Position numbers and translations under genes: made by a program | Shown here: one piece after another, positions 49,134-62,438 of the stretch | Layout: every line of letters begins with the position of its first letter | Position numbering within the stretch: position 1 is the first letter of the stretch | Source of the DNA: Antechinus flavipes | Lineage: Eukaryota | Assembly (NCBI RefSeq): GCF_016432865.1 | Contig: NC_067403.1 | Location: forward strand, 244,466,001-244,530,000 | Direction of reading: 5' to 3' | DNA: 64,000 nt | The notes under the pieces: model-generated | Databases searched by the model: none | What the model saw: only the letters and a program-made list of their open reading frames with translations | Told to the model about the DNA's origin: nothing

Positions 49134-52100
49134 NNNNNNNNNNNNNNNNNNNNNNNNNNNNNNNNNNNNNNNNNNNNNNNNNNNNNNNNNNNNNNNNNNN
49201 NNNNNNNNNNNNNNNNNNNNNNNNNNNNNNNNNNNNNNNNNNNNNNNNNNNNNNNNNNNNNNGAGTCTGTGAATGTGTCATATATGTATAAAGTTTAAAG
49301 AAAGTTAAACTTGAGGAGGATTCATCATCATTATTATAATCATTGCCCTATTCCTCTAATTAAGTTATAATTTTTAAAAAGAATGACCAGTTATATTTTT
49401 TTAAAAGAGAGAATGACCACTTATCATTACTTGTCTTAAATCTAACTATAAAAAAATAGTATATGCATATATAAAGAACATGCTTCAAAATATTTATTAG
49501 AAATCAGTTATATAATATATAGCTGTAATATATACATATATATAATATATACTTATTTATTGGAAAGTAGGATTTAGAAAATAATTTCAAAGTTAAAAGA
49601 CTTCCTATTCAAATTCTATTCTCCAAGATCTTTATTAAACTTCATTTTTTTTGAAATTCATGAAAGGGATGAATAACATTTTGGAAGTGTTTTCTTGTGA
49701 TAAATTGTAAGATTTTTTTTTACTATTCTTTCTAAAATAATCTCCAAAATGCTTATAAAAACCACATTCTGTTAATTCTATGAAACGCATACTTTATTGA
49801 TTTCATGTTTATGTTCTAGTATACTAATGATCATATAAATTGTAAACAGTTTTCCAAAATTGGAATTTTAAAATAAATAAAAAAACTAGTAAATGGGAAT
49901 TTATAAGTAATTAAAATTATTTTTTGCTCTCCACAAAGTTTTGTTCTTAAAATAACATTTTAGTGGTAATAGCAAAATTTATTGCATTGTTCTTTTTTCC
50001 CAAAAATTCATGCAAAACCTGGCAAACCATGATTTGTGGGTCTGATTTTAATATGAATTTATTGAGATATTCATTTTAATTTTTATGACTGAAAAAATAC
50101 TTCACATCCAAATGGAAGAGATGCATTATTAGTTTCACTTTAAAATGTGATGTTAATTTTTAGTCCCATTGGCTAGTAAATATGTTCTTCCCTAATGTGA
50201 GTCAACTGCTCTTGTAAATTTAATGAAATTCTTATGTTTATATGATTTAAATGAATGATTCTTAACCTGCTGAAAATTGTAAGACATTTAAATCTGTCAG
50301 AAAATTATGTTGTCAAATGGGTTTCTATAACCAATTCACTTACATCAACAATCTTACATTCTCAAAGAACAAATAATTGTTTTAGGAGGAGTGGTTAACA
50401 GTGTAAAATATCAAGTGAACTAAATTGCTTTTAAAATTCTGTAAAGTAACACATTTAAAGTAATTGGGTCACACTTTCTAGATTCAAAACTATTTTGAAA
50501 ACATAAAGGGCAGTTGTACTTAATCCCATCCTATGGTATTCATGATATACTTCAAAGTCTTCCAAATATTGCTTTAAGTTACCTAGTCATCCTATAAATC
50601 TCCATTTTTAGTATTACAGAAAAACATACAAATGGATCTGGTGGCATGAATTCATTCAGGTTAGCTAAGTCCTATCTTATAATCACTTTTCTTATCTAGG
50701 TTATTACTTCTCTATTACAAACAATTTTCTGTCCTTTTTCCTTAATAGATCATTTTTTATCTTAAAAAAAGACAGAAGTAGAATGAGAATTGAACAACCA
50801 GAACATGGAGTTACCATGAAACAATCTAATGAATAGTTTTCTTCATTATTCTTGGTCTTTAAAGCTTGTTTGGGCTCTGGTAAAGTGAGATTTTTTTTTC
50901 AATATTTCTAAAAATATTAAATTGAGTAACTCAAGGAAGGCTTCTGAAATAGTTTGTTCATTTGATAATTTAAAGATGTGGGAGAATTGAGAAAGAGGTA
51001 GCAAATTCTGTTGCTTGGCACACTCTGTAATCAAAACTTTGTGATTTAATTTTCTATTTCTTGATAACAACTATGAAAAGAAAACATTAAATATTTTAAA
51101 GCACTTTCATCTAATTTTTTATTGCATCTTTTGAAAGGGGATTTTTGATTCTGCTTTCCTTATCAAAGAAAATTCAAAAGCCATTCCTCAGTAGGCTCTC
51201 ACATACTACCCTAACCCAGCATTTCTCTGTAGTTGTGATGCTAGCTAGTTTCTAAAGGAAAGATAATGCATCAATTTTAACCTTATCTAGTTACATCAGG
51301 TTCAAAGGGATCTTTTGTTATAGTGTGTAAAACCAATTGGAGCAATCAAAATAGAATTTTCATGACTTTGTTTTCCCTGGTATTTGAATTTTAAGCAAGT
51401 CAGCTGTTTTAAATTTGAAAGGCATCCAGAAAAAAAAATGAATATCCTTAGAACAAAATATCATTGTTAATTAGTTTACCATTTCATTGATTGGTTACAT
51501 AAATGGATGGATACCAAGATTTGCATGATAAATGCAGAATCTTTCACAATGACTTTGAATATTTTCTTTTTTCTCTAATGTATGCTTTTTACTTTGTCAT
51601 ATGTGAGGCAAGAATGGCAGATATTTTTTTTTCCCTTTATATTCCAAACAGGACTTATTTTTCTTTTTTTCTATTTCTGGTGAATAATTGCGATACTTTC
51701 TTAATATGAGTATCAGCAAAATGCTTTTTTATCTTAGTGCTTTCAAATTACACTTTTATGCATTGTGATCATTATTAATATTTGAAAACTTTAAATTAAC
51801 TTTAAACAACCTGACTCTCAGGTTCATGACAATTTTATTATTCTCAAATGAATGCTTCTCTTGATTTGGCTGAACCTTAGTCCAAGCAGAAACTAGATTT
51901 CAAAAGCCTCCATTGACAAATAGACCACAAATGAAAGATCCTAGGTTATAGCAAAAATAGACCAGACTTACCTTTCTCAGTTCAAGTCCAATCACATTTG
52001 GTTTCTTCTTGCATTTATTAAAATATTTTAAAATGTATATTGGCATACAAATATCGCCAGAGAAAATATTTTTCATATTATCTTAAACTTGGTTCTTACC

Positions 52101-55100
52101 AAAGTTCCATAGCACAAATGAAGATATAAATAACCCCATTTTATGTTTGACAAATAAATGATTCATTGTCAGTAAATTTTCCCATTGTTACAAAAACTCT
52201 GAAGGAGAATTTGAAATAGATATCCACTCAAACTATAGTATGGATGTATGTTGATTCTCAAGAACTACCCTTATGAATCAAGAGATAGACTTTTCTTTAA
52301 AATATTTGAGATCTGTATTTAGAAATAATTATTGTTCTGTTCTCTATGGGGACAGTTCTTCTGCCACTTCTCAATTTATTACTAACATGCCAGGACTTAT
52401 GAATAAGTTCAGCTCACTATATATCCTTAATAAAGTAGCACATCATAGACAAATACCCTTGGGTTTGAGTCTTGGGGACATTGGACCCATTTTTGATTGG
52501 CAACTTACTTACAATGTAAATGCTATCAAGTTGTTCATTACTTTACTTATCTCAGTTTCCTTTTGTAGACAATTTGGACAATGAACTTTGTATTGTCTCA
52601 TAAATTAATTGTAAAAAAAAGAGTTTCAAATATTATATCATTAATTATATAATACACAATGATATAATCTTTTAAAATAACTTTATGATTGCTAGATGTT
52701 AATGAAGATGGTGGTAATTCAATATTTCAAGATGACCTTCAGATATCGGTGATTACAGGGAAGAACTTATTTACTGCAATTAGTCCACATGAAATATCAT
52801 TCATCATACACTTTCTTTATCCTTTCTGCATAAGAATGCTACTAATGATGTCATGAATATGAGTTCATTTACTAATACTTTTATTCAATTATCAATCTAC
52901 TTGTGAAATTGTCCATAAGAGATTAAATATAAAAATAGCAATTTCATTGGGATTCCTATATGAAATATTGTAAAATAATAATTGCAATGATACCTTGCCC
53001 CATTCAGAATATTTGCTCAAAGCCTGTCATTTTAGAAAATATCAAGGTTGATCCCAAAGTAGGGAAATGATATACCATCAGACTCAGAAGTGGAGAACAG
53101 TAGACCTGTGCATCAGATTAAGTTCATCAATCTGAAAAAACTGAAATGAGTTTTCTTGACATTTTATAACATTATAAATGTAACACAACACTTCTACTGA
53201 TTCTGAGATCCTACTTTAAAAATATAATGAGAAAAAGGGAAAAGTAGATGATTGATTTTGTTCTCTATTTTCTTTTGTGAATCAAATGGTATCATTCATT
53301 ATTGCAATTATGATGATTTTGTGTTTAATGTCCTATGAACTAAGGCATAAGTAGTTGTAAGCAGGATCAAGTACTAAAATTCTAAGTAGATAAATGCAAT
53401 GGAAAGATTCTGAGATGATGGAAAGTGGCAGATAAATGGTGAGCAATAGAAACTCACAGAGCAGATTCATGAGTTATCCAAAGTTTAATAATAAACTAAT
53501 AATAATCTGCTTTAAACATTGTCTGTTGGTTGAAGTATCAGCTATAATATTTCAGACAGACTTATTATTCCTTCTTTCTTCACTCCCATATTCCATTGTC
53601 CTTGTCTCTACCCGGAGATGATTGAAACCTGTTTCACTCTGCTAGAATAACTTGTGGTCTGAAAACTTTGCATTTCTCATGAGTACTTTTACCAGCTTGT
53701 TAATCTTTCATTCCAAGATATATATGGCTATACTTTAGAAAACAAATATAGAAATCTTCACTGAACTTTTTTTCTGAATTATACAATCTACATTTTTTGT
53801 TATTTGACTGATTTCCATTTCATTTAGATACTTTTTAATTAACAAGGATTTACTTTCCTCCCTCCACTCCATTCACTCCAGAATCTTGACTTAGGATTTA
53901 CATTTTGGAGGAAGTAAAAATAGAAATTAATGAGACATTTGGGAAAGTATATAACACAGAATTTAGGAAGCCTCATTCTTCTGGAAATAAAATTGAGAAT
54001 AACATTAAAAAAACAAGAAGAAGCAAACAACTAAATACTATAATGTTCATCACAGCTGACCACAAACACCTGATATTTTAGTAAAAATGTGTATTGTGGT
54101 AATCTTTCTATCTATTTTCTTCATCACCTCCTTTCATTTCTCTTCTCCTCTTCTTTACTCTTCTCCATGCATCTTTTAATATTTGTAGCTGTAGCACTCA
54201 TCATAGGGAATGTCTGATAAATAATTTTCAGTAACTCATTTTTGAGTTTCATTCTTTCATTCTTGAATATAGGCGTTCAATATAGATGGGAAGTTTTTTG
54301 ACTATAGAAAAGAGTAGCCAGCTGAGAAAAGCCTTGTGATATTTTCCCAAGGAACCAAGTGTTTAGGCAACGGTAAACAAGTTTTATGGGAAAATACTGT
54401 GTTCAAGAATCTAAATTATAATGAAATATAAAGTATTGAAACAAATAGTAGCAAAGCAAAATAAATTTATTGGCATATTATACATTTTACACATTTTACA
54501 TTTTGTAAAAAAAAGTTTAAGTATGATATGTTATTATTTTACCCTTATGAATTGATGTATGTGATGTTAATTTTAGATTTTCATTAGATTAATACTTGTT
54601 CTTCATTCTTTTAAATAATAGAAAATATTGTATTACACATGCATTTGACAAGCAATTAAATTTATCTACATCTAGTTATGATTAGAGATTTTCAATAAAG
54701 ATTAAATGAGTTGAGTGTACAGGCCAATGTAGCATATTTATCTCGATTACTTGAATGTATTTCTTAACAATATTTGTGATGATATTTAATACAAGGTCAT
54801 GTTGCAGCATTCCTTTTTTCCATTTGAGAGTAATTCTATAACAAATCTATATACCTGCAACTTTTGAGATGAGTACATAATTTCTAGGCATATTATAAGT
54901 AAACAATTAAAATATAGTGGAATAGATATTTTGTGGTATGATGAATATGTCCAGATAGTTTAAGCTTATCTGGATTTCCTGTGACAATACCAATGGAGTG
55001 AAAATAGTGAATTCCTTAACTAAAATTTAACATTGCAGAGATAGATTCCACTTTAACTACTTCAGTCACCTTATTTATTATATTGCCTTTTATCAGTACA

Positions 55101-55930
55101 TTTTTATACTACACAATATATATTACAGTTTATAATCAATACAAATTGTATAATATACAATTATATATGTAATATATATAGTTATAACTATAACATAATT
55201 AATGATTAAAACACACACATTCCATTTCTTATTGCTGTTTTTCCAACTTCAAGAAATCTAAATCATAAAAGAATCACTAACAAACTCTCCAGTTTCTACA
55301 TCCTGCTGGTCAGTTTTTTTTTTTTAATTTGTTTTCTTGCTGACTTTTTCTAATATTAAGACTAATTAAATTGCTTTAATACCATTTTAGTAGTTACTAC
55401 AATTGTTTTCTTGTTGTTGTTGTTTTTCTTGTCACACTTTTAAATGTGCTTATTGGAAGAGATCTCATCTCATTTTAAACTTGACCTTTCAAATTTTTGA
55501 CTTTTTCCAAACCAGCCATTAGGTTAAATTCTCTGATTGTAATTGAAGTGGGCTTTTAGAATTATACTTTTTATTTCATTTTCTTAAAGGACTATCTGTT
55601 CTTTAAGTCACAGAATTAAAATTACAACAACAACAACAAACAATGAAATACAAGTGCATGGCACAAAACTCAGCAATCAAATGACAAAGATCTAGTTAAA
55701 TCTGGATACAATAGATAAATATGATTTTATTCATTCCAAGTCAAATGTTGTCAGTGCCCTGTCAGTAGAAGCAAATGCATAATACTCTGACAAAATTAAA
55801 ACAATATTAAATTGATACCTGTCCTAAATAATTCACACAAGATTATCAAGAAAGATATTTTTGTTTGGCCACATAATACAAAATGAAGCCACATTAGCAG
55901 GAGTTCCTCAAATTAAGAAACCAATCTTCC

Positions 55931-58887
55931 GGATGTGCTCTCTTCCATAATGAGATGATTAAGACCAATTCCAATGATTTGGTGATGAAGAGAGCCATCT
56001 ATATCCAGAGAGAGGATTATGGGAATGGAGTGTGGTTCACAATATAATGTTTTCACTGTTTTAGTTGCTGTTTGCTTGCATTTTATTTTGTTTCTCTTTT
56101 TTCTGGTTTGATTTGATATTTCTTCTGCTTTAAAATAATTGTATAAATATGTATGCCTATGTTGTATTTAACATATATTTCTACCATGTTTATCATATAT
56201 TTATCTAGAGAAAGGGATAAGGGGTGGGAATTGGAACACAAGGTTTTGCAAGGGTTAATGTTGAAGAATTGTTCATGCATATGTTTTTTTTTAATTATTA
56301 TTATATCTTTTTATTGACAAAATATACGCATGGGTAATTTTTCTGTTCCAACTTTCCCTATTCTTCCTCCACCTTTTCCCCTAGATGGCAGGCAGTCCCA
56401 TATATGTGAAATATATACGTTAATATGTTAAATATATGTTAAATACAATATATGTGTATGTTAAAGTATATGTTAAATACATATGTTAAATACAATATAT
56501 GTATACATATTTATACAATTATCTTGTTGCATAAGAAAAAATGGATTTAGAAAGAAGGTAAAAATAACCTGGGAAGAAAAAAAAATGCAAGCAAACAAAA
56601 ACAGAAAGAGTGCAAATATTATGTTATGGTCTACACTCATTTCCCAGTGTTCTTTCACTGGGTGCAGCTGGTTCTGTTCATCACTGATCAGTTGGAATCC
56701 TCAATGCACTGATTTGGATCCTCTTATTGCCAAAGAAAGCTACTTCTATAATAATTGGTTCTCATACAGTGTTGTTGTTGAAGTGTATAATGATCTCCTG
56801 GTTCTGTTCATTTCACTCAGCATCAGTTCATGTAAGTCTCTCCAAGCCTCTCTGTATTCACCGTACTAGTCATTTCTTACAGAACAATAATATTCCATAA
56901 TATTCATATACCATATATTACTCAGTCATTCTCCAAATGATGACCATCCATTCAATTTCCAGCTTCAAGTCACTACAAAAAGAGCTGCCACAAACATTTT
57001 TGCACATACAATTAGTTCCCTTTCCTTTCCTTAATATCTCTTTGGGATATAAGCCCAGTAGTAACACTTCTGGGTATGCATAGTTTGATAATTTTTTGAA
57101 TATAGTTCCAAATTCTCTCCAGAATGGTTGGATCTGTTTACAACTCCACCAACAATGCATCAGTGTCCCAGTTTCCCCACATCCCCTCCAACATTCGTTA
57201 TTATCTTTTTCTGTTATTTTAGCCAGTTTAACAGGAATGCAGTAGCATCTCAGAGTTGTCTTAATTTGCATTTCTCTGATCAATAGTGATTTTGAATGCC
57301 TTTTCATATGAGTAGAAATAGTTTCAATTTCATCATTTGAAAATTGACTGCTCATATCCTTTGACCATTTATCAATTGGATAATGGCTTGATTCCTTATA
57401 AATTAGAGTCAATTCACTATATATTTTGGAATTGAGGCCTTTTTCAGAACCTTTAATTGTAAAGAGGTTTCCCAGTTTATTGCTTCCCTTGTAATCTTGT
57501 CTGCATTAGTTTTGTTTGTACAAAAGCATTTTAACTTGATATAATCAACATTTTCTATTTTGTGATCAACAATGATCTCTAGTTCTTCTTTGGTCACAAA
57601 TTCCTTCCTCCTCCACAAGTCTGAGAGGTAAACTATTCTGTGTTCTTTTAATTTATTTATGATCTCATTCTTAATGGCTAAATTATGAACCTGTTTTGAT
57701 CTCATCTTGGTGTATGGTGTTGTGTCAGTCAATGCCTAGTTTCTGCCATACTAATTTCTAATTTTCCCAGTAGTTTTTGTCAAATAGTGAATTCTTATCT
57801 CCAAAGTTGGGGTCTTTAGGTTTGTCAAATACTAGATTGCTATAGTTATTGGCTATTTTGTCCTGTGAAACTAACCTATTCCACTAATCAACTAGTCTAT
57901 TTCTTAGCCAGTACCAAATGGTTTTGATGATCACTGCATTATAATAAAGATTTAGATCAGGTACAGCTAGACCACCTTCATTTGATTTTTTTTTTCATTA
58001 GCTCCCTTGAAATTCTTGATCTTTTGTTCTTCCAGATGAATTTTGTTGTTATTTTTTCTAAGTCATTAAAATAGTTTCTTGGGAGTCTGATTGGTATAAC
58101 ACTAAATTAATAGATTAGTTTAAGGAGTATTGTCATCTTTATTATATTTGCTTGACCTAGCCAAGAGCACTTAATATTTTTCCAGTTGTTTAGATCTGAA
58201 TTTATATGTGTGGAAAGTGTTTTATAGTTTTGCTCATCTAGTTCCTGTCTTTCCCTTGGCAGATAGATTCCCAAATATTTTACACTATCAATATTTACTT
58301 TAAATGGAATTTCTCTTTGTAACTCTGTTGGATTTTGTTAGTGATGTATAAAAATGTTCAGGATTTATGTGGATTTATTTTGTGTTATGCAACTTTGCTA
58401 AAGTTGTGGGCTATTTCTAATAGCTCTTTAATAGACTCTCTGGGGTTTTCTAAATATACCATCATGCCATCTGCAAAGAGTGATAATTTGTTACCTACTC
58501 TAATTCTTTTAATCTCTTTTTAATTTCTTATTGCTGAAGCTAGCATTTCTAATACAATATTGAATAGTAATGGTGATAGTGGGCAACCTTGTTTCACTCC
58601 TGATTTTATTGGGAATCCAGTTTATCCCCATTACATATGATGCTTAATGATGGTTTGACTATTTTAAGGAAAAGCCCATTTATTCCTATACTCTCTAGTG
58701 CTTTAGAGTATTCCTATACTGTCTAGTTTTAGTTTTATTCCTATACCTCTCTAGGGTATTGGATTGTATCAAATGCTTTTTCTACATTTATTGAGATGAT
58801 CATATTGTTTTGTTAATTTGGTTGTTGATATAGTCAATTATCATGCATATGTTTTGAAAATTAAAAAGCTGTAATTAAGAAAAAAAA
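55931..58887 (+). mobile_element. Short 5'-truncated L1 3'UTR (55931-56287 plus 58841-58887) split by a nested L1
   Basis: Starts ggatgtgctctcttcc (L1 3'UTR); imperfect TSD aagaaaccaatcttcc (55915-55930) / aagaaagccatcttcc (58888-58903), preceded by TT. Confidence 0.8.
56288..58840 (-). mobile_element. 5'-truncated L1 (2.55 kb, ORF2 3' half + 3'UTR) nested in another L1
   Basis: ORFs 56918-57412 (CWRGCGETGTLMHCWWSC) and 57409-57732 are ORF2; TSD tcatgcatatgtttt at 56273-56287 and 58841-58855. Confidence 0.95.
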
Positions 58888-58929
58888 AAGAAAGCCATCT
58901 TCCAATTGCAAGCATTTCTACTCATATAA

Positions 58930-59544
58930 AATATTTACTAGTCACTATTAATCAAAGAATTTCAAATTAAGACAGCTCTGAGGTACCACCACACACCTCT
59001 CAGATTGGCCAAGATGACAGGAAAAGATAATGATGAATGTTGGAGAAAATGTGGGAAAAATGGAACACAAATACATTGTTGGTGGAGTTGTAAAGTGATC
59101 CAACAATTCTGGAGAGAAATTTGGAACTATGCCCAATGGACTATCACACTATGCATACCCTTTGATCCAGGAAGGTTTCTACTTTGCTTATATCCCAAAG
59201 ATATCATAAGGGAGAAAAAATGACCCACATGTACAAAAGTGTTTGTGTCAGCCCTTTTTGTAGTGGCAAGAAATTGGAAACTGAGTGAATGCTCATCAAT
59301 TAGAGAATGGCTGAAGAAGTTATAGTATATGAATGTTATGGAATATTATTGTTCTATAAAAAGTGGTCAGTAGAATGATTTAAAAGTAGCCTGGAGAGAC
59401 TTGCATGGATTGATTCTAAGTGAAATAAGCAGAACCAGAACATTGTAAAAAGCAATAACAAGACTACATGATGATCAATTCTGATGTACATGGATTTTTT
59501 TCAGCAATGAGGTGATTGAGGCAAGTTCCAATGGCCTTCTACAC

Positions 59545-59577
<33 letters not shown>

Positions 59578-59880
59578 ACTGTGGGAACTGAATGTGGATC
59601 ACAACATAGTATTTTCATTCTTTTTGTTATTATTAGTCTGCATTTTCTTTTCTTTCTCATTTTTTTGGGGGGATCTGATTTTTCTTGTGCAGCACAATAA
59701 TTGTATAAATATGTATACATAATTTGAATTAACGTATATTTTAACATTTTAACATATATTGGATTACTTGCTATCTGGGTAAGTGGGTGGGGACAAGGAG
59801 GATAACTTGGGACAGCGGATTTTTTAAGGGCCGGTGTTAAAATTTTTCATGCATATGTTTTGAAAATAAAAACTTTAATA
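58930..59880 (+). mobile_element. 5'-truncated L1 (ORF2 end + 3'UTR) with internal ~30-nt poly(A)
   Basis: ORF 59005-59223 (CWRKCGKNGTQIHCWWSC); 3' end gcatatgttttgaaaataaaaactttaata. Confidence 0.9.
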
Positions 59881-59889
59881 ATAATCATA

Positions 59890-60290
59890 AAACAATGATC
59901 AACATAATGATTTCAAAAAGTCTGGAGAGAGTTACATGGACTTTTGCTAAGTGAGTAGAAGTGAGTAGAAACAACAACAAAAAAATCTTACACGGCAAAA
60001 AGATTATGTAATGATCAATTGTAATGGACTTGACTCAACAATGAGGTCATTCAGGCCAATTCCAATAGGCTTGTGATGGAGAGAGCTATCTGCATCCAGA
60101 TTGATTGTAGACTGAATATTGATTACCACATATTATTTTCACCTATTTTGTGTTGTTTGCTTGCTTTTTTCCCCTTTTCCTTTTTTCCCCTTTTTGTTCT
60201 GATTTTTCTTGTGTAACATGATGTGGAATTATATATAGAAGAATTGCATGTGTTTAATATACATTAGATTAATTGCTATCTAGGGGAGGC
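59890..60290 (+). mobile_element. L1 3'UTR fragment truncated at both ends
   Basis: tctggagagagttacatgga...gccaattccaataggcttgtgatggagagagc...gctatctaggggagg, then an abrupt switch to non-L1 sequence at 60291. Confidence 0.85.
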
Positions 60291-60496
60291 TTCTAATAAA
60301 ATAAGACTAATTAAATTGCTGTAACGATATTTTTATTAGTTACTGGATTTTTTTTTCTCTATCACATTTTTAAATGTACTTATTGGAAGTGATTTCATTT
60401 CATATTGGGCTTGAATGACCCTTCAAATTCTTGACTTTTCCCATAGCAACCACTGGGTTAGATTCTCTGATAATCATTGAAGCATGCTGTTAAAAC

Positions 60497-60529
<33 letters not shown>

Positions 60530-61514
60530 TCATTTTCTTACAGGCATATCTTATAGGAAATTCCATATTCTTAAAGTAAATGTACTTTAAGTCACCAAAT
60601 TAAAATTGCAACAAAAGAAAGCAATAAAACACAATGAACACATTGGCACAATGGCACAAAACCCAGCAATCAGCTGACAAAGATCTAGTTAAAGCTGGAT
60701 ACACTAGCTAAATCTGATTTTATTCATTCAAAGTCAAATATTGTCAGTTCCCTGTAAGTAGAAGCAAATAAACAATACTGTAACAAAATAAAAACAATCT
60801 TAAATTGTTCCTGTCTTCAATAATTCAAATACTAACATCAATAAAAAAAAAAAAAAAGGTTTTTTATGTTTGACCACATACTAGAATGAAGCCATATTGG
60901 CAGGAGCTCCTAACATTAAGANNNNNNNNNNNNNNNNNNNNNNNNNNNNNNNNNNNNNNNNNNNNNNNNNNNNNNNNNNNNNNNNNNNNNNNNNNNNNNN
61001 NNNNNNNNNNNNNNNNNNNNNNNNNNNNNNNNNNNNNNNNNNNNNNNNNNNNNNNNNNNNNNNNNNNNNNNNNNNNTTGGCCTAAAAGCACATTTCTGCT
61101 TATTAACAACCCCAACTTCCTTAAAAATTCAGTTAAAGTATTATTTCTCACATAATACCTTTTTGACACCTATCTTCTGTCACTCTTGAAATTATTTAGC
61201 ATTTGAAATTTGAATATGTACACATATATATACTCTATTAGCGTGTGTATTCATTGATTTTAAAAAAAATGTAACTATTTGAGTATAGAACTCTTTGATT
61301 TTATTCTTTTCATCCCTAGTCACACACTTAAGGTAGATGTTTATCTTATCTCATAAAAGTCAATTTATACCTATGTACATGATGATTGTCATAAAATGAA
61401 AAACTTTTTCACACTCATATAGTAGAATGGAAAAGGGGGGATTTCAATAATAATTTAGATAAAGGAACATAAAGCAACTGATTATAATTTGGCATACAGG
61501 AATCCTTTATCATT

Positions 61515-62438
61515 TCACTTAGGTAGTAATTGTTTTAGTGCATTAATGACATCTTTATTTCTCAGGGTGTATATCATGGGATTAAACATTGGAGTTAAGA
61601 TAGTGTAGAAAAGTGAAAGTATTTTATCAATTCCTCCTGAGTCATTTGACTTGGGTCTTGAATATGTAATAGTTGCAGACCCAAAAAATAAAATGACAAC
61701 TAGAAGATGGGAAGAACAAGTTGAGAAGGCTTTGTATTTTCCTGTGTTTGATGGAAGCTTCAAGATGGTAGTGATGATTTTGACATAAGATCTGATTATC
61801 AATATAAAGGGTACCATGACAAATAAAACAGCAACAACATAGACAGAGAACTCTATCACAGAGGTATCTGAACAAGCCAACTTCAGTAATGGTGGTATAT
61901 CACAGAAAACATGATTAAGTTTATTACTATCACAGAAAGGGAGTGAGAAAACCTGATATGTCTGACCAATCATGACTGGAATTCCAGTGGTCCAGGAACC
62001 AACTACAAACTGGACACAAACTTTATGGTTCATGATGAGAGGATAGTAGAGTGGTTTACAGATGGCCACGTAACGATCATAGGCCATTACAGCTAGGAGC
62101 AAGCATTCAGTGCCTCCAAGAGTAAGGAGGAAACACAGTTGTATAGCACAGGTCAAAAAAGAAATATTTCTGTCCTGGGTCCAGAGATTTGCCAACATTT
62201 TGGGAAGAGTGACTGATGTGTAACAGATTTCCAAGAAAGAAAAGTTCCCAAGAAAAAAATACATGGGAGTGTGTAGAGCTCGAGAAACTTTGGTGACTAA
62301 AATGATGAGGCCATTTCCTATTAGGATACTCATGTAGATAGTTAAGAAAATACTAAACAAAAACCCTTGGAAATCGGGAAGGTCAGAAAAGCCAAGGAGA
62401 AGGAATTCCACTACAGTTGTAAGATTGGTTCCCACCAT
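61515..62438 (-). CDS. OR10AG1-like: Olfactory receptor, OR10AG1-like (OR-5), 307 aa, intact
   Basis: NLT glycosylation site, LHTPMYFFL, LGGTECLLL, MAYDRYVAICKPL, IGQTYQVF, KAFSTCSSHL, PMFNPMIYTLRNKDV. Confidence 0.95.
   Translation of the reverse strand: MVGTNLTTVVEFLLLGFSDLPDFQGFLFSIFLTIYMSILIGNGLIILVTKVSRALHTPMYFFLGNFSFLEICYTSVTLPKMLANLWTQDRNISFLTCAIQLCFLLTLGGTECLLLAVMAYDRYVAICKPLYYPLIMNHKVCVQFVVGSWTTGIPVMIGQTYQVFSLPFCDSNKLNHVFCDIPPLLKLACSDTSVIEFSVYVVAVLFVMVPFILIIRSYVKIITTILKLPSNTGKYKAFSTCSSHLLVVILFFGSATITYSRPKSNDSGGIDKILSLFYTILTPMFNPMIYTLRNKDVINALKQLLPK

Noticed and set aside
55144-55162. AT-rich palindrome aattgtata-a-tatacaatt as a cruciform driving the neighbouring duplication
   Set aside because: It sits in TA low-complexity DNA where such palindromes are common, and it is ~190 nt from the breakpoint.
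56918-57732. Functional L1 ORF2 or a novel Cys-rich protein
   Set aside because: A frameshifted, 5'-truncated ORF2 C-terminus; no full EN plus RT domain exists anywhere in the window.
5324-61875. Antisense or alternate-frame ORFs overlapping OR coding sequences (5324-5599, 5500-5700, 20504-20740, 46689-46940, 61642-61875)
   Set aside because: Short, not conserved between paralogues, and explained as shadows of the OR codon structure.
20545-62438. Recent gene conversion between OR paralogues
   Set aside because: Shared protein motifs still differ at many synonymous sites in the stretches I compared by eye (for example TM3 of OR-2 versus OR-3). A GENECONV run would be needed to exclude short tracts.
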